Source of the DNA: Enterococcus phage VRE9_4
Length of the DNA stretch: 64,000 nucleotides
Sequence record: PP680570.1
Direction: 5' to 3' (one strand)
The notes under the pieces were generated by a model, which did no database searches, had not been told where the DNA came from, and saw only the letters and a program-made list of their open reading frames with translations. Position numbers and translations under genes: made by a program. Positions 10,358-19,287 of this stretch are shown piece after piece (position 1 is the stretch's first letter; each line of letters opens with the position of its first letter).

Positions 10358-10915
10358 TTAAAATAACCGTGATTTTTTCTTTGTAATTTTTACTGAAGTA
10401 TGAACTTTATTATCATCTTCCACAGTAATTTGATTATTTTTAACTACAACAACAGGGTATTGTTCTTCAAGTTTTTCTGCTAATTTTTCTACAAAAGGAT
10501 TTAGTTTTTTAGCCACAATAACTTCTCCTTCTGCAACTTGAGGACTTTTATGTCGAGTTACTTTTACCTCATAAAATGTGTCGCCATCTTTAATACCAGC
10601 AATACGTTTTTGAGAATCCAAAAGTTTAAATTCAATATCTTCATCCTCTTGGAGAAATCCAAATGCCATATTTGCTAATCCCCACTTATCTGCAGTCATT
10701 TGTTTTGTTGGAGTAGCACGACCTGCTTCGATTAAATAATCGTCCCAATTTTTCAGAATTTCATATTCAAACTCTTGATGTCTAGGATCTGGTTTCTTTA
10801 TGCCATTTTTCAAATTCTCTTTAAATTTTCTACTTGCGACAATAGAATTATAATACATAGACATAAATTTTCTATCCTCTGTAGTTTGTTGGAATGCACC
10901 GTATTTGTTTTCCAT
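10358..10915 (-). CDS. hypothetical protein (185 aa)
   Basis: ORF with RBS. Confidence 0.5.
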   Translation of the reverse strand: MENKYGAFQQTTEDRKFMSMYYNSIVASRKFKENLKNGIKKPDPRHQEFEYEILKNWDDYLIEAGRATPTKQMTADKWGLANMAFGFLQEDEDIEFKLLDSQKRIAGIKDGDTFYEVKVTRHKSPQVAEGEVIVAKKLNPFVEKLAEKLEEQYPVVVVKNNQITVEDDNKVHTSVKITKKKSRLF

Positions 10916-11004
10916 AAAATAAAAACTCCTTTTAAAATTCTTTTATTTCTTAACTATATATATATTATATCATTTTTAAATAAGTTTTTCAAATTAAATT
11001 AAAA

Positions 11005-11031
11005 AAGGCTGAGAAAAACTCAGTCTTTTTT
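11005..11031. terminator. bidirectional rho-independent terminator
   Basis: Hairpin GGCTGAG-AAAAA-CTCAGTC flanked by an A-run and a T-run, downstream of the minus-strand gene ending at 11041. Confidence 0.6.
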
Positions 11032-11040
11032 AATTAGAAA

Positions 11041-11295
11041 TTATTCTTCAACTTTTTCTTCGATCTCTTTTTCTTCAGTTGTTGCAGGAGATTGTAGTTG
11101 CTGAATAGCTTCAAGCAATTGTTTATTTACAGTTTCTGACTTAGCCAATAAAACTTCTTGCCTTGCTATTTCACCCATTGCTTGGGTAAGTAATTCTTGT
11201 GTCCCAGTTAATTGTTGTCGAGCAACAGCTAATTCAAATTCTGCTTGTTCTAATAGCTGTTCAACCGTTGGATGTTGACCTGTTTTATTTTCCAT
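11041..11295 (-). CDS. coiled-coil hypothetical protein (84 aa)
   Basis: Heptad-rich, Q/E/L-rich sequence. ATGA overlap with the upstream gene. Confidence 0.45.
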   Translation of the reverse strand: MENKTGQHPTVEQLLEQAEFELAVARQQLTGTQELLTQAMGEIARQEVLLAKSETVNKQLLEAIQQLQSPATTEEKEIEEKVEE

Positions 11296-11744
11296 TATTG
11301 TGTTACCTCCACTGATGTCTTTCCATCTTCTGAAATTGCAAAATGTCGAACTTTATTAGTCATATCTCCAGTACGATTTGCTCTAATACGTTCATACATA
11401 GCTGTTTTTCGGTCAATGAATGCTTGGATTTCATTTTGTAGTTCAGACTTCATTTGTTCTAAGGTTTCAAAAGTTTCATAATCCATTTTGAGATCTCCTA
11501 AATTATTGAGAATATCAATATAAGAACGTAATAAAGCAATACGAGTACCTACTTTTTCTGTTGCCATATCTAAATCATCTGGATGAGTCTGACTAATTCC
11601 GGTGCCTTTGACTATGTTACCATCAATCAGTTCTGCTGTAGTAATAACAGTCACTTTAGATACGACATTAATACCATCTACTTCTACAAACTCTGGAAAA
11701 GAATCAGATGTTATAATTCGTTCTAATACATTTTTAACTTCCAC
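11295..11744 (-). CDS. hypothetical protein (149 aa)
   Basis: Preceded by the TTGACT-17-TATAAT plus conserved leader AATTAATTATAAAGTTAAATAAGGAGG (minus strand, about 11750-11800). Confidence 0.5.
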   Translation of the reverse strand: MEVKNVLERIITSDSFPEFVEVDGINVVSKVTVITTAELIDGNIVKGTGISQTHPDDLDMATEKVGTRIALLRSYIDILNNLGDLKMDYETFETLEQMKSELQNEIQAFIDRKTAMYERIRANRTGDMTNKVRHFAISEDGKTSVEVTQ

Positions 11745-11800
11745 TAAAATTTCCTCCTTATTTAACTTTATAATTAATTATATCATCTTTAATAAAAAAA

Positions 11801-11947
11801 GTCAATAATTGTCTCGCCAAACACCTTTTATTTTTTTTCGTGCTTTTTGTCTAGTTAATGGATACCATTGTTCACTCTTAGCTTTTTTTAAAATTTGAGC
11901 TTCAATTGGAATCCATCTACCATCACTATCTTTTCTATATATTAACA
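11801..11947 (-). CDS. small basic hypothetical protein (48 aa)
   Basis: ATG at 11947 preceded by GGGAGAGAG RBS. Not in the supplied ORF track because it is under 60 aa. Confidence 0.3.
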
Positions 11948-11972
11948 TATTACTCTCTCCCTGTCAAGTAAA

Positions 11973-13274
11973 TTAAATTTTAATCCAAATATCTCCTTCT
12001 CTACCTGCTTTACCTGGATCAGTAACACTAAAGAAAATTCTAACTCCTTTAAATGATATATATGATTGTTCAGAAGATAATGCAGTATCTGTTAATAATT
12101 CACCATCACTCATTCTCAAATAGTGATAATATCCGCTTTCTGTTGGTTGTCCACTACCAGCATAATTTCTTGGGAATAAAATAGCTGCATCACGACTGCT
12201 AGAATAATTTCTAAAAACAAGCTGTCCAATACCATTCATTGCTCCACCATTAATATCAATGGCTGGTTTACGATTTAAATTACCTACATAAGTTAAGTTA
12301 GGCTCAGAAATTTTTAACGCTGGCATACCTAAATATCGTTTAGTATCTCCAATAGTCATTTGACCTGCAGGAATATGAATTCGTCCAAAATTCAATGTTA
12401 AAGAGCCACCAGTATTTCCGTCGACCCCACCAAAAATAATATCATTCAATTCTGTTCCGCCATTACCACTTGTCGCTATAACTAACGAATCTGTTGGGCT
12501 TGTTGGAAATTGAAAATCTAATCTTCCAAAACTATTTCTAATACTTAATGGGAGTCCGGAACGATCTGTATCTAATACAAGACTTCCTGTCATGGTTTGG
12601 TTTATAGTTTTATCTAAATAATTTTCATGTTTATGATTTACTGGGGCTAAATTTGTATGGGTGTGATTGATAGGTGAATATTTTGATTTCATTGTTTCTA
12701 ACAAAGTTTTACCAGCAGATGCTGCTAATGCTCTATCAGAAGCTGAACTATCTAATGTAGAAACTAGTTCATCTTTACGAACATATTGACTGAAATCAAT
12801 TCCACCTTCACTTGGAGATGCACCAGTCACTTCATAAGGAACAAAAGTACTACCATTCCAACCAAGCAATGTATTAACTTTTAAATTTTCTCCCAGTGTA
12901 ACATCTTTAAGTTCTCCAATAGAAGAGTTGGTTGATAATACTGATGCTCCTCCTACTCGCAATGCCCCAGTAAAATTGTTCCAATCTCCTTCCCATATAT
13001 TGTTTCCACCCTTAAGAGCTATTAAGGCTGCTTCTATACCTTGATCTTGAACAATTTTTGTAATCTCTGGCACCAAATCAGAAAAATCTGATACTGTATG
13101 TTTGTGACCTTTTTGAGAAACCTCTTTCCATGATTCGTTATTTTGTCCTGTAGCTACCCAAATAGCTCTAGGATTTGAACCTGTATCAATATAAGTTTGT
13201 CCATAATATTCAGCACTAATAGTTGGTTTACCTGTGCCGTATAACATATTTCCTCTAGTAATATGAATTGACAT
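11973..13274 (-). CDS. tail-fibre-like / receptor-binding-like protein
   Basis: 433 aa with His-rich HTHTNLAPVNHKH motif and G/N/S/T-rich beta-type composition. Unusual location among early genes. Confidence 0.5.
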   Translation of the reverse strand: MSIHITRGNMLYGTGKPTISAEYYGQTYIDTGSNPRAIWVATGQNNESWKEVSQKGHKHTVSDFSDLVPEITKIVQDQGIEAALIALKGGNNIWEGDWNNFTGALRVGGASVLSTNSSIGELKDVTLGENLKVNTLLGWNGSTFVPYEVTGASPSEGGIDFSQYVRKDELVSTLDSSASDRALAASAGKTLLETMKSKYSPINHTHTNLAPVNHKHENYLDKTINQTMTGSLVLDTDRSGLPLSIRNSFGRLDFQFPTSPTDSLVIATSGNGGTELNDIIFGGVDGNTGGSLTLNFGRIHIPAGQMTIGDTKRYLGMPALKISEPNLTYVGNLNRKPAIDINGGAMNGIGQLVFRNYSSSRDAAILFPRNYAGSGQPTESGYYHYLRMSDGELLTDTALSSEQSYISFKGVRIFFSVTDPGKAGREGDIWIKI

Positions 13275-13364
13275 TTATTTGTCCTCCTTTATAATCTTTC
13301 TCTTATGTATATTAAAAAGCTTTTAAACCTAATATAAAAAAAGAACCCTAAAAGATTAAAGGGT

Positions 13365-13877
13365 TCAAAAACTTTCTGACGTTTTTAGAAAAATAATACC
13401 ATTGGAAATAAATTTTTGTCCCCAATAAGTATCTTCTATTTCTTTATACTCATCTTGATTTACAGGAATTGGCAATGTACTTCTTACAATAGTTTGCTGT
13501 TTCATAATCTCTTTTTTTAAACGTTCCCTTTTTGTATATTTGGTTACCATATAAGGTAATATAAATATAGCAGGGAAAACTAAAAGCATTGAAAGCAAAA
13601 TTATAAGAAAAGAACGGAAAGTAAAAATAGAAGCTACTCTATCTTCTTGCTCCCATCTTTTGGCTGGAAGTAAAATTGATTGCTCATCAAAATTCCAGCG
13701 TTCAATTAATAAATCTCTTTTTTCGATTGCATTTCGAGCTTTTTCTAGTTCTACTTGATGCCGAACTAAAACTCTACTATTGAATAGCTCCACTTTTAAC
13801 CCTCCTAACCAATCAGGAATCCTGTGTTTTTCTATAAAATTCTTTAACATGCGAAAAACAAGCTCGTCCTCCTTCAT
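13365..13877 (-). CDS. membrane protein (170 aa)
   Basis: Central hydrophobic helix FLIILLSMLLVFPAIFILPYMV. Confidence 0.5.
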   Translation of the reverse strand: MKEDELVFRMLKNFIEKHRIPDWLGGLKVELFNSRVLVRHQVELEKARNAIEKRDLLIERWNFDEQSILLPAKRWEQEDRVASIFTFRSFLIILLSMLLVFPAIFILPYMVTKYTKRERLKKEIMKQQTIVRSTLPIPVNQDEYKEIEDTYWGQKFISNGIIFLKTSESF

Positions 13878-13889
13878 CTATCTGGTTTT

Positions 13890-14510
13890 TTAAAACAATT
13901 TAATTTGGTGTGAAGAACCTTTCACATAATTTACTACTAACATAGCTAATTTACCAGGATCTACATAAATAGAATTTAATCTATTATAAATGAAATTTAT
14001 TTCGGTTAGATTTGAATCTTTTGGCTCGTTTAATAAAAGATTATAATTTTCTGACAAGTGGTGTCCTAATCCAGAAATGTTTTCAATAAAGACTGAGGTG
14101 CCATCATAAGTATAATCAAAATACTTATTAGCAACTTTATCAAACCATAATACATCTTTCTCTGCTAGTAAATACATGTCTGGATCTTCTAACAATTCCA
14201 TGAAGAAAATAATAGAATCTCTCGCCACCTTATTTCCTGCTTCTCTTGGAAGAATATTGCCATATATACTATAAAAAACTAGATATAAATCTTCTTTAGT
14301 TTTTATAGAACAAGCTTCTTTGTCTTTTGCAGTATATTCTATTATATTATAGTTTATAAATGAATTTAGAATAGGTCCAATAGGTTTATCAGCCACAAAA
14401 AATTTAATATCTTCCATTGAACGATTTTCTAAATATTGATTAAAATATTCTGTATAGACCAAAGGCCCGCTACCAAAGATAGCAGGCTGTCCAGTAAAAT
14501 CTAACATCAT
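13890..14510 (-). CDS. hypothetical protein (206 aa)
   Basis: ORF in an operon with 4-bp overlaps. Confidence 0.5.
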   Translation of the reverse strand: MMLDFTGQPAIFGSGPLVYTEYFNQYLENRSMEDIKFFVADKPIGPILNSFINYNIIEYTAKDKEACSIKTKEDLYLVFYSIYGNILPREAGNKVARDSIIFFMELLEDPDMYLLAEKDVLWFDKVANKYFDYTYDGTSVFIENISGLGHHLSENYNLLLNEPKDSNLTEINFIYNRLNSIYVDPGKLAMLVVNYVKGSSHQIKLF

Positions 14511-14809
14511 AAAATCCCATCTCCTTCAGATTCTACATAGGCTTTAATAGCTGTATAGAACTCTGATGGTGCCTCAAAACCAGCATAATTTGCTACAACT
14601 AAACATTGTTGTACATAATCAATAAATCTATCAAAAATCTCTGGATTGTCCTTGAAATATTCATCAGTATCCTTTTCCATAGTAAAGGCAAGCTTTGCTT
14701 CGCCATCTTCTTCTAAGTATTGAATACCAACTTTTTCATCAACAATTAATTCAAAGAAAAATTTCTCATATTGTATATTGTCCAATTTTATCACTCCAAT
14801 TTCCTTCAT
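14507..14809 (-). CDS. hypothetical acidic protein (100 aa)
   Basis: ORF overlapping its neighbours by 4 bp. Confidence 0.5.
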   Translation of the reverse strand: MKEIGVIKLDNIQYEKFFFELIVDEKVGIQYLEEDGEAKLAFTMEKDTDEYFKDNPEIFDRFIDYVQQCLVVANYAGFEAPSEFYTAIKAYVESEGDGIL

Positions 14810-15785
14810 AGGTTTTTAACTCACAATCTCCGCATATAGGCATATCAGAAAAAGCGTTTGTTTTATCACAAGATAAACATTTTACTACAGATCCATATTT
14901 TAATATCTCAGATTCCTTTGGCTCTCCTATATATAAATTCTCTCTTTTCGATTTTATACCTAAAGTAAAATCATTATATACTTGACTTAAATTTGTTTTA
15001 TAAGTCTTTATATTATCATCATGGACTGAGACAAAATTCTCTCCAAGAGAAGAGAAGAAGGTGCCTTGTAGAGTATTTATTGTAAATTCTTCAATTCCAT
15101 TATTTTTATATGGATATTGCGTAGATAACATTGCTCCCTTATAGTCTTTTGAAAAAACTCCTAGACGTCTATAAATTTTTTTATCTACATATTCAACATC
15201 ATTAAAGTTAGGTTTTTCTGTCATAACATAAGTTAAAAATGTATAATTATCTAACGCTGCAGAATATCCTCCAGTATAATGTTCTCCCATCGGTTTATAA
15301 CATGTCGTCCATCCTCTGCCGACACCCATCATTATGAAATCATAAGGATGAACAGATATAACCAAATAACTGGATGGAAGTATATATGAATTCTTTATTT
15401 GAGAATACATTAATACGATTTCTTCTCCTAATTCTGGAGTTTGATTAATAACCTTAGATAATTTTTTGCCAGAAGAATGTTTATTCTCTATTAAATCTGA
15501 ATCATTTAATAGTCCTGCTAATTTAAAGAAGCCAGCATCTATTTTCCTGGTTTCTTTATATCGTTCCTTAAACTCTTTTTTAAAGTCTCTTTCTGCTTGT
15601 GTTTTTATAGCCTTTATGTTATCTATCTTAAAAACTAATCTTAGATTATTATCCATCATAGCAATTATTTCTTTTTTCTTTTCAGTAACTTGACTGAAAA
15701 AATTTTCATAATTATTATACGAAAAGAGACTAACCCCTTGAGAGAGGTTAATCTTTTCGTACTGACTTTTCATATTTTCTGTCAA
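14766..15785 (-). CDS. paralog family A member 1 (uncharacterized core domain + C-terminal zinc ribbon)
   Basis: Core motif SVHPYDFIMMGVGRGWTTCY...KKIYRRLGVFSKD...YP is shared with 16892..18091 and 19288..21159. C-terminal CLSCD...CGDC. Confidence 0.6.
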   Translation of the reverse strand: MTENMKSQYEKINLSQGVSLFSYNNYENFFSQVTEKKKEIIAMMDNNLRLVFKIDNIKAIKTQAERDFKKEFKERYKETRKIDAGFFKLAGLLNDSDLIENKHSSGKKLSKVINQTPELGEEIVLMYSQIKNSYILPSSYLVISVHPYDFIMMGVGRGWTTCYKPMGEHYTGGYSAALDNYTFLTYVMTEKPNFNDVEYVDKKIYRRLGVFSKDYKGAMLSTQYPYKNNGIEEFTINTLQGTFFSSLGENFVSVHDDNIKTYKTNLSQVYNDFTLGIKSKRENLYIGEPKESEILKYGSVVKCLSCDKTNAFSDMPICGDCELKTYEGNWSDKIGQYTI

Positions 15786-15797
15786 ATTTCCACCATC

Positions 15798-16871
15798 TTA
15801 CTTTCCGTCGTTATTTATAGCTTCAGTATAACGTTCTTTTTGTGATACGTCTTCTAAGTATTTTTCTCGACATTCATCGCACAAATGCGACAATACTTCA
15901 TTATCTGTATCAGACCAAGGAACGGTCCCTTTGTCTAAAAAGCAAAATTCGCATTGTTCAACTTCTTTTTTTTTATTACGACTTTTATAGGGAATAAAAC
16001 TCGTTTCATCATCGTTATAATTTAGATAATCCGATTCATCATAAACGTCTTCATCTCCCCAGTAACAATAAGAACCATTTTGGTAATAGTTAGAATATCC
16101 ATAATTACCATATCCAGCATAAGAATCTTCTTTATACTCATAAAATTTAGGATTTTGATATTGATCTTCTAAAATTTCCTTTACTTTTCTCTGAGTCTTA
16201 TACATTTCGTTAATATAAATACGTTCATAACATGTATGTTCATCCATATAGCCTGCAGATAAATTTACTCCTGCGAAACCAAATTCAGGACAAACTTGAC
16301 AAATATCTGTATAAGATCCATTGTGAGTTTTGAAACCAAAGCTGTTAATATATTCTTCAAAATCTATATTATCTAAATAATAATAGACAGACTCTCCAAA
16401 GCCTTTACGATCCAATTGAATAGCGAAATTAATCTCTGTCAAGGCTGTTTGCACATCTTCTCCAAAATAATTTTCTACATTTTTTGTAAAGAAACTAGAC
16501 CCAATAGTTCCAATTTCCTCATCCCAACAAAATAATACATGAGGACGATAACCTTGTGTTAGCATATCTAAAATGCTAAAAACCCCACAACGGTCATCCC
16601 CACCAATGCCATCGGGACACCATAAAACATTTTTTTCTTTATCATGGAAAATAGTTTCCTCTGTTGGAGCTACTGTATGGACTGTATCTAAATGAGCCAA
16701 CATAAGAACAGGAATATCTCCTTTAGCATAAATAAAACTACCATCAACACGATAAATATCTCTAGAATCATACATTGATTCTATTTGACCTAATAAATAA
16801 AAATGAAGTCCCTCTTGTGTCATTTGTAAAATGTTTTTGAAGGTTTGTAAACCTAATTCTTTCTTTTGCAT
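15798..16871 (-). CDS. M20/M28-like zinc metallohydrolase-like protein
   Basis: Motifs in order: AHLDTVH, GGDDRCG, WDEEIGTIGS. C-terminal CEFC...CDEC zinc ribbon. Preferred start is ATG 16871 (MQKKELGL) with a G-rich RBS; the track ORF extends to 16922. Confidence 0.5.
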   Translation of the reverse strand: MQKKELGLQTFKNILQMTQEGLHFYLLGQIESMYDSRDIYRVDGSFIYAKGDIPVLMLAHLDTVHTVAPTEETIFHDKEKNVLWCPDGIGGDDRCGVFSILDMLTQGYRPHVLFCWDEEIGTIGSSFFTKNVENYFGEDVQTALTEINFAIQLDRKGFGESVYYYLDNIDFEEYINSFGFKTHNGSYTDICQVCPEFGFAGVNLSAGYMDEHTCYERIYINEMYKTQRKVKEILEDQYQNPKFYEYKEDSYAGYGNYGYSNYYQNGSYCYWGDEDVYDESDYLNYNDDETSFIPYKSRNKKKEVEQCEFCFLDKGTVPWSDTDNEVLSHLCDECREKYLEDVSQKERYTEAINNDGK

Positions 16872-16891
16872 TTTATAAAATTCCCCCTTTT

Positions 16892-18091
16892 TTAATAATC
16901 CCAACCATCTTCGTCGTCCCAATATTCATCTTCGTCATAGTAAGCCTCTTCGTCAAAAAGACCTCCAGCTTCAATTGATCCATCAATAAAGAAATTACAA
17001 GTTGGACTTATAACTGAATCAACGCCTACTTCGAAACGAACATTGCATAATTCAGTTTCATCAGTTTCGTCATAAAAATCCTTATTGAAATGTTTTCTTA
17101 AAATATTTTCAGAATTATTTTCTCCTTCAACATTGTATTTTTGTTTGTCTAAAATAATCATTGGAACTTTACTCATAGCTCCATGTGTAATATCATTATA
17201 GTGAATTTCACTACTTTCTCTAATAGTATCTTCTGCATCAGAAGAATCAATAAATCCATAGGCAACATTATCTTCTCCAAAAGTATCTACAAATAATTTA
17301 CGTAAAGCTTTAGTATTATTTTTATTAACTCCTGGATATGAGCGAGATAAAAAGATAGCATCTAACTCTGTATTGAACATGCCCATTCTACGCCAAATTT
17401 TATCTGGGATACTATCTTGACTTCCTAAAATGATTTGACAAATAAAACTTGAACCATCTAGTAAATAAGAAACTGGTCCAGCCCCATAACAACCATCAAT
17501 AATAGAATGACAAGAAGACCATTCTCTGGTTTTGTTTACAGACATCATTAAAATATCAAGGGGATCAATAGAAACTTCTAAAACTCCACGAGCCAATAAT
17601 GATTCATTAAAAGCTGATAGATAAATTTGTATTTGGTTAACTAGTTTTTTATTTTTTAAAACACGCTTAAGAGATTTAGAAATTTTTGCTCCAGCTTGAA
17701 ATGATTCACCTAAAATTTCTTTATTTGTCATAAAACGGTTTTTTTGTAACTCTTCTAAAGAAAAACTACTAAAATAAAGTGCTATAATTTTCCCTTCGTT
17801 TTCTTCCATAGTCATTGATTTAACTTTAGACAAAAATGAAGAATAAAAAGCATCTTTAATTTCTGAATTTGACAATGCGTTTTCAACGCTTCCTTCTAGT
17901 CTTAGTTTGTTTCCAAATTTCTGAAAAATAGGAAATTTTGCTTGAGCCCAATCTCTTGCCCATGCTCGTCTAGTATCTGTATCGAAACCACCATTGATGC
18001 TATATAAAATATTATCAATTTCTTCCCAAGATTTTTTCATCATTGGTTCCATCAATTTTAATTTTTCTTCGATAGTATATGTTTTTTTCAT
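16892..18091 (-). CDS. paralog family A member 2 with highly acidic C-terminal tail
   Basis: Core motif SIDPLDILMMSVNKTREWSSCH...DKIWRRMGMFNTE...YP. C-terminus EEAYYDEDEYWDDEDGWDY. Confidence 0.6.
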   Translation of the reverse strand: MKKTYTIEEKLKLMEPMMKKSWEEIDNILYSINGGFDTDTRRAWARDWAQAKFPIFQKFGNKLRLEGSVENALSNSEIKDAFYSSFLSKVKSMTMEENEGKIIALYFSSFSLEELQKNRFMTNKEILGESFQAGAKISKSLKRVLKNKKLVNQIQIYLSAFNESLLARGVLEVSIDPLDILMMSVNKTREWSSCHSIIDGCYGAGPVSYLLDGSSFICQIILGSQDSIPDKIWRRMGMFNTELDAIFLSRSYPGVNKNNTKALRKLFVDTFGEDNVAYGFIDSSDAEDTIRESSEIHYNDITHGAMSKVPMIILDKQKYNVEGENNSENILRKHFNKDFYDETDETELCNVRFEVGVDSVISPTCNFFIDGSIEAGGLFDEEAYYDEDEYWDDEDGWDY

Positions 18092-18118
18092 TGCAAAATC
18101 TCCCTTTTTTTTATTTTA

Positions 18119-18361
18119 TTATTGTAAATTAAAATTTACTCCTTGCTCTGTTAAAAAATATTTTCGAGGAGTATCTGAAGTTTTGTCTACCAACCCTTTT
18201 TTATTCAATGAAGTCAATACACCTGGAACACCATTAGGCATCATAAATGCTAATTCTGCCACACGTTTAGAAAACACTGCATCTTCTTCTTTGTCAATAT
18301 GAGCTTCTTGTAAAGCTTTTAAAACTTGCGTACCTTTTTCTGTTAATTTAATTTCTTCCAT
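18119..18361 (-). CDS. small winged-helix-like protein (80 aa)
   Basis: ORF with RBS. Weak helix-turn-helix-like segment. Confidence 0.4.
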   Translation of the reverse strand: MEEIKLTEKGTQVLKALQEAHIDKEEDAVFSKRVAELAFMMPNGVPGVLTSLNKKGLVDKTSDTPRKYFLTEQGVNFNLQ

Positions 18362-18570
18362 TTAAAATCCGCTCCTATTTTTTATTTATTAACTCATTTT
18401 CTATAATATAATTATAACAAATTGAACTAACTTTTTCAAATTGTTATTTCTCATAAGCTATTTTATCTTTTTGTTTCTTTCATTTAACTTATAATTAATT
18501 ATATCATCTAATATATAAAAATTCAAATAAAAAATCCCAATCGTCTAGATTGGGATTAATTTTAAATAAT

Positions 18571-18912
18571 TTATGCGCCAGCTTGACTAACTGTAATTTC
18601 AATTGTAGATTGATCAGAAAGAGTAGCTGTTCCTCCAGTTACTTGACCACCTTCATTTGTTCTTAAAGCAATAGCTGTAATAGATTTTCCATCTTCCCCT
18701 TTTGCTCCAGGAACTCCTTGGTCTCCTTTAGGTCCTGCAGGTCCGACAGGTCCAGTTTCCCCAGCAGGTCCAGCAGGTCCAGTTTCACCTGGTTCCCCTT
18801 TATCTCCCTTAGGTCCTTTTTGCTCTTGTAAGAAATCTACTAAAGAAGCAAATGATTCCTGTGTCATAGTTTTCCCAGCGGCAAATAATGCTTTAATTTG
18901 TTCTGCGCTCAT
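18571..18912 (-). CDS. collagen-like (Gly-X-Y repeat) protein
   Basis: About 20 GXY triplets ([43 protein letters not shown]). Confidence 0.6.
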   Translation of the reverse strand: MSAEQIKALFAAGKTMTQESFASLVDFLQEQKGPKGDKGEPGETGPAGPAGETGPVGPAGPKGDQGVPGAKGEDGKSITAIALRTNEGGQVTGGTATLSDQSTIEITVSQAGA

Positions 18913-18974
18913 TTTATTTCCTCCTATTTTTTAAATATATTTGAGAGTTTATCTCTTTTTATTATGAAAAAGTC

Positions 18975-19190
18975 TTATTCTGCTTTTCCAACTTTTGCCT
19001 TACCTACTATAGCTTTTCCCACAATAGGTTCCTCACCTGAGTCCTCTTCTTTTTTATAAGCAATAGCTTTATCAGTGGGACAAATCATATAATAGAAATC
19101 TTCCATCTTGTTTTTACGATAATTGACAACCATATAATTTTCTTCATATTCTCGTCCGCAATGAGAACATACATAAATATCTTTTTTCAT
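18975..19190 (-). CDS. small zinc-ribbon protein with C-terminal GKAIVGKA repeat tail
   Basis: CSHCGREYEE...CPTD motif. C-terminus IVGKAIVGKAKVGKAE is a paralog of 3401..3655. Confidence 0.5.
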   Translation of the reverse strand: MKKDIYVCSHCGREYEENYMVVNYRKNKMEDFYYMICPTDKAIAYKKEEDSGEEPIVGKAIVGKAKVGKAE

Positions 19191-19287
19191 TCTCTTTCCT
19201 CCTTTTGGTAATCGCTAATATTATTAAAAAGACCTAATTTGAAACAATAAAATAAAGCCCTATTATAAAATAGGGCTTTAAATCATA

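Noticed and set aside
11973-13274. Calling the 433-aa protein a definite tail fibre or assigning it to the virion
   Set aside because: Only compositional and His-motif resemblance. It sits in an early or metabolic block far from any structural module, so only a tail-fibre-like call at moderate confidence is kept.
15466-18302. Plus-strand ORFs 15466..15693 and 17994..18302
   Set aside because: Both are antisense shadows inside the minus-strand paralog genes. AT-rich, low-complexity, no translation signals.
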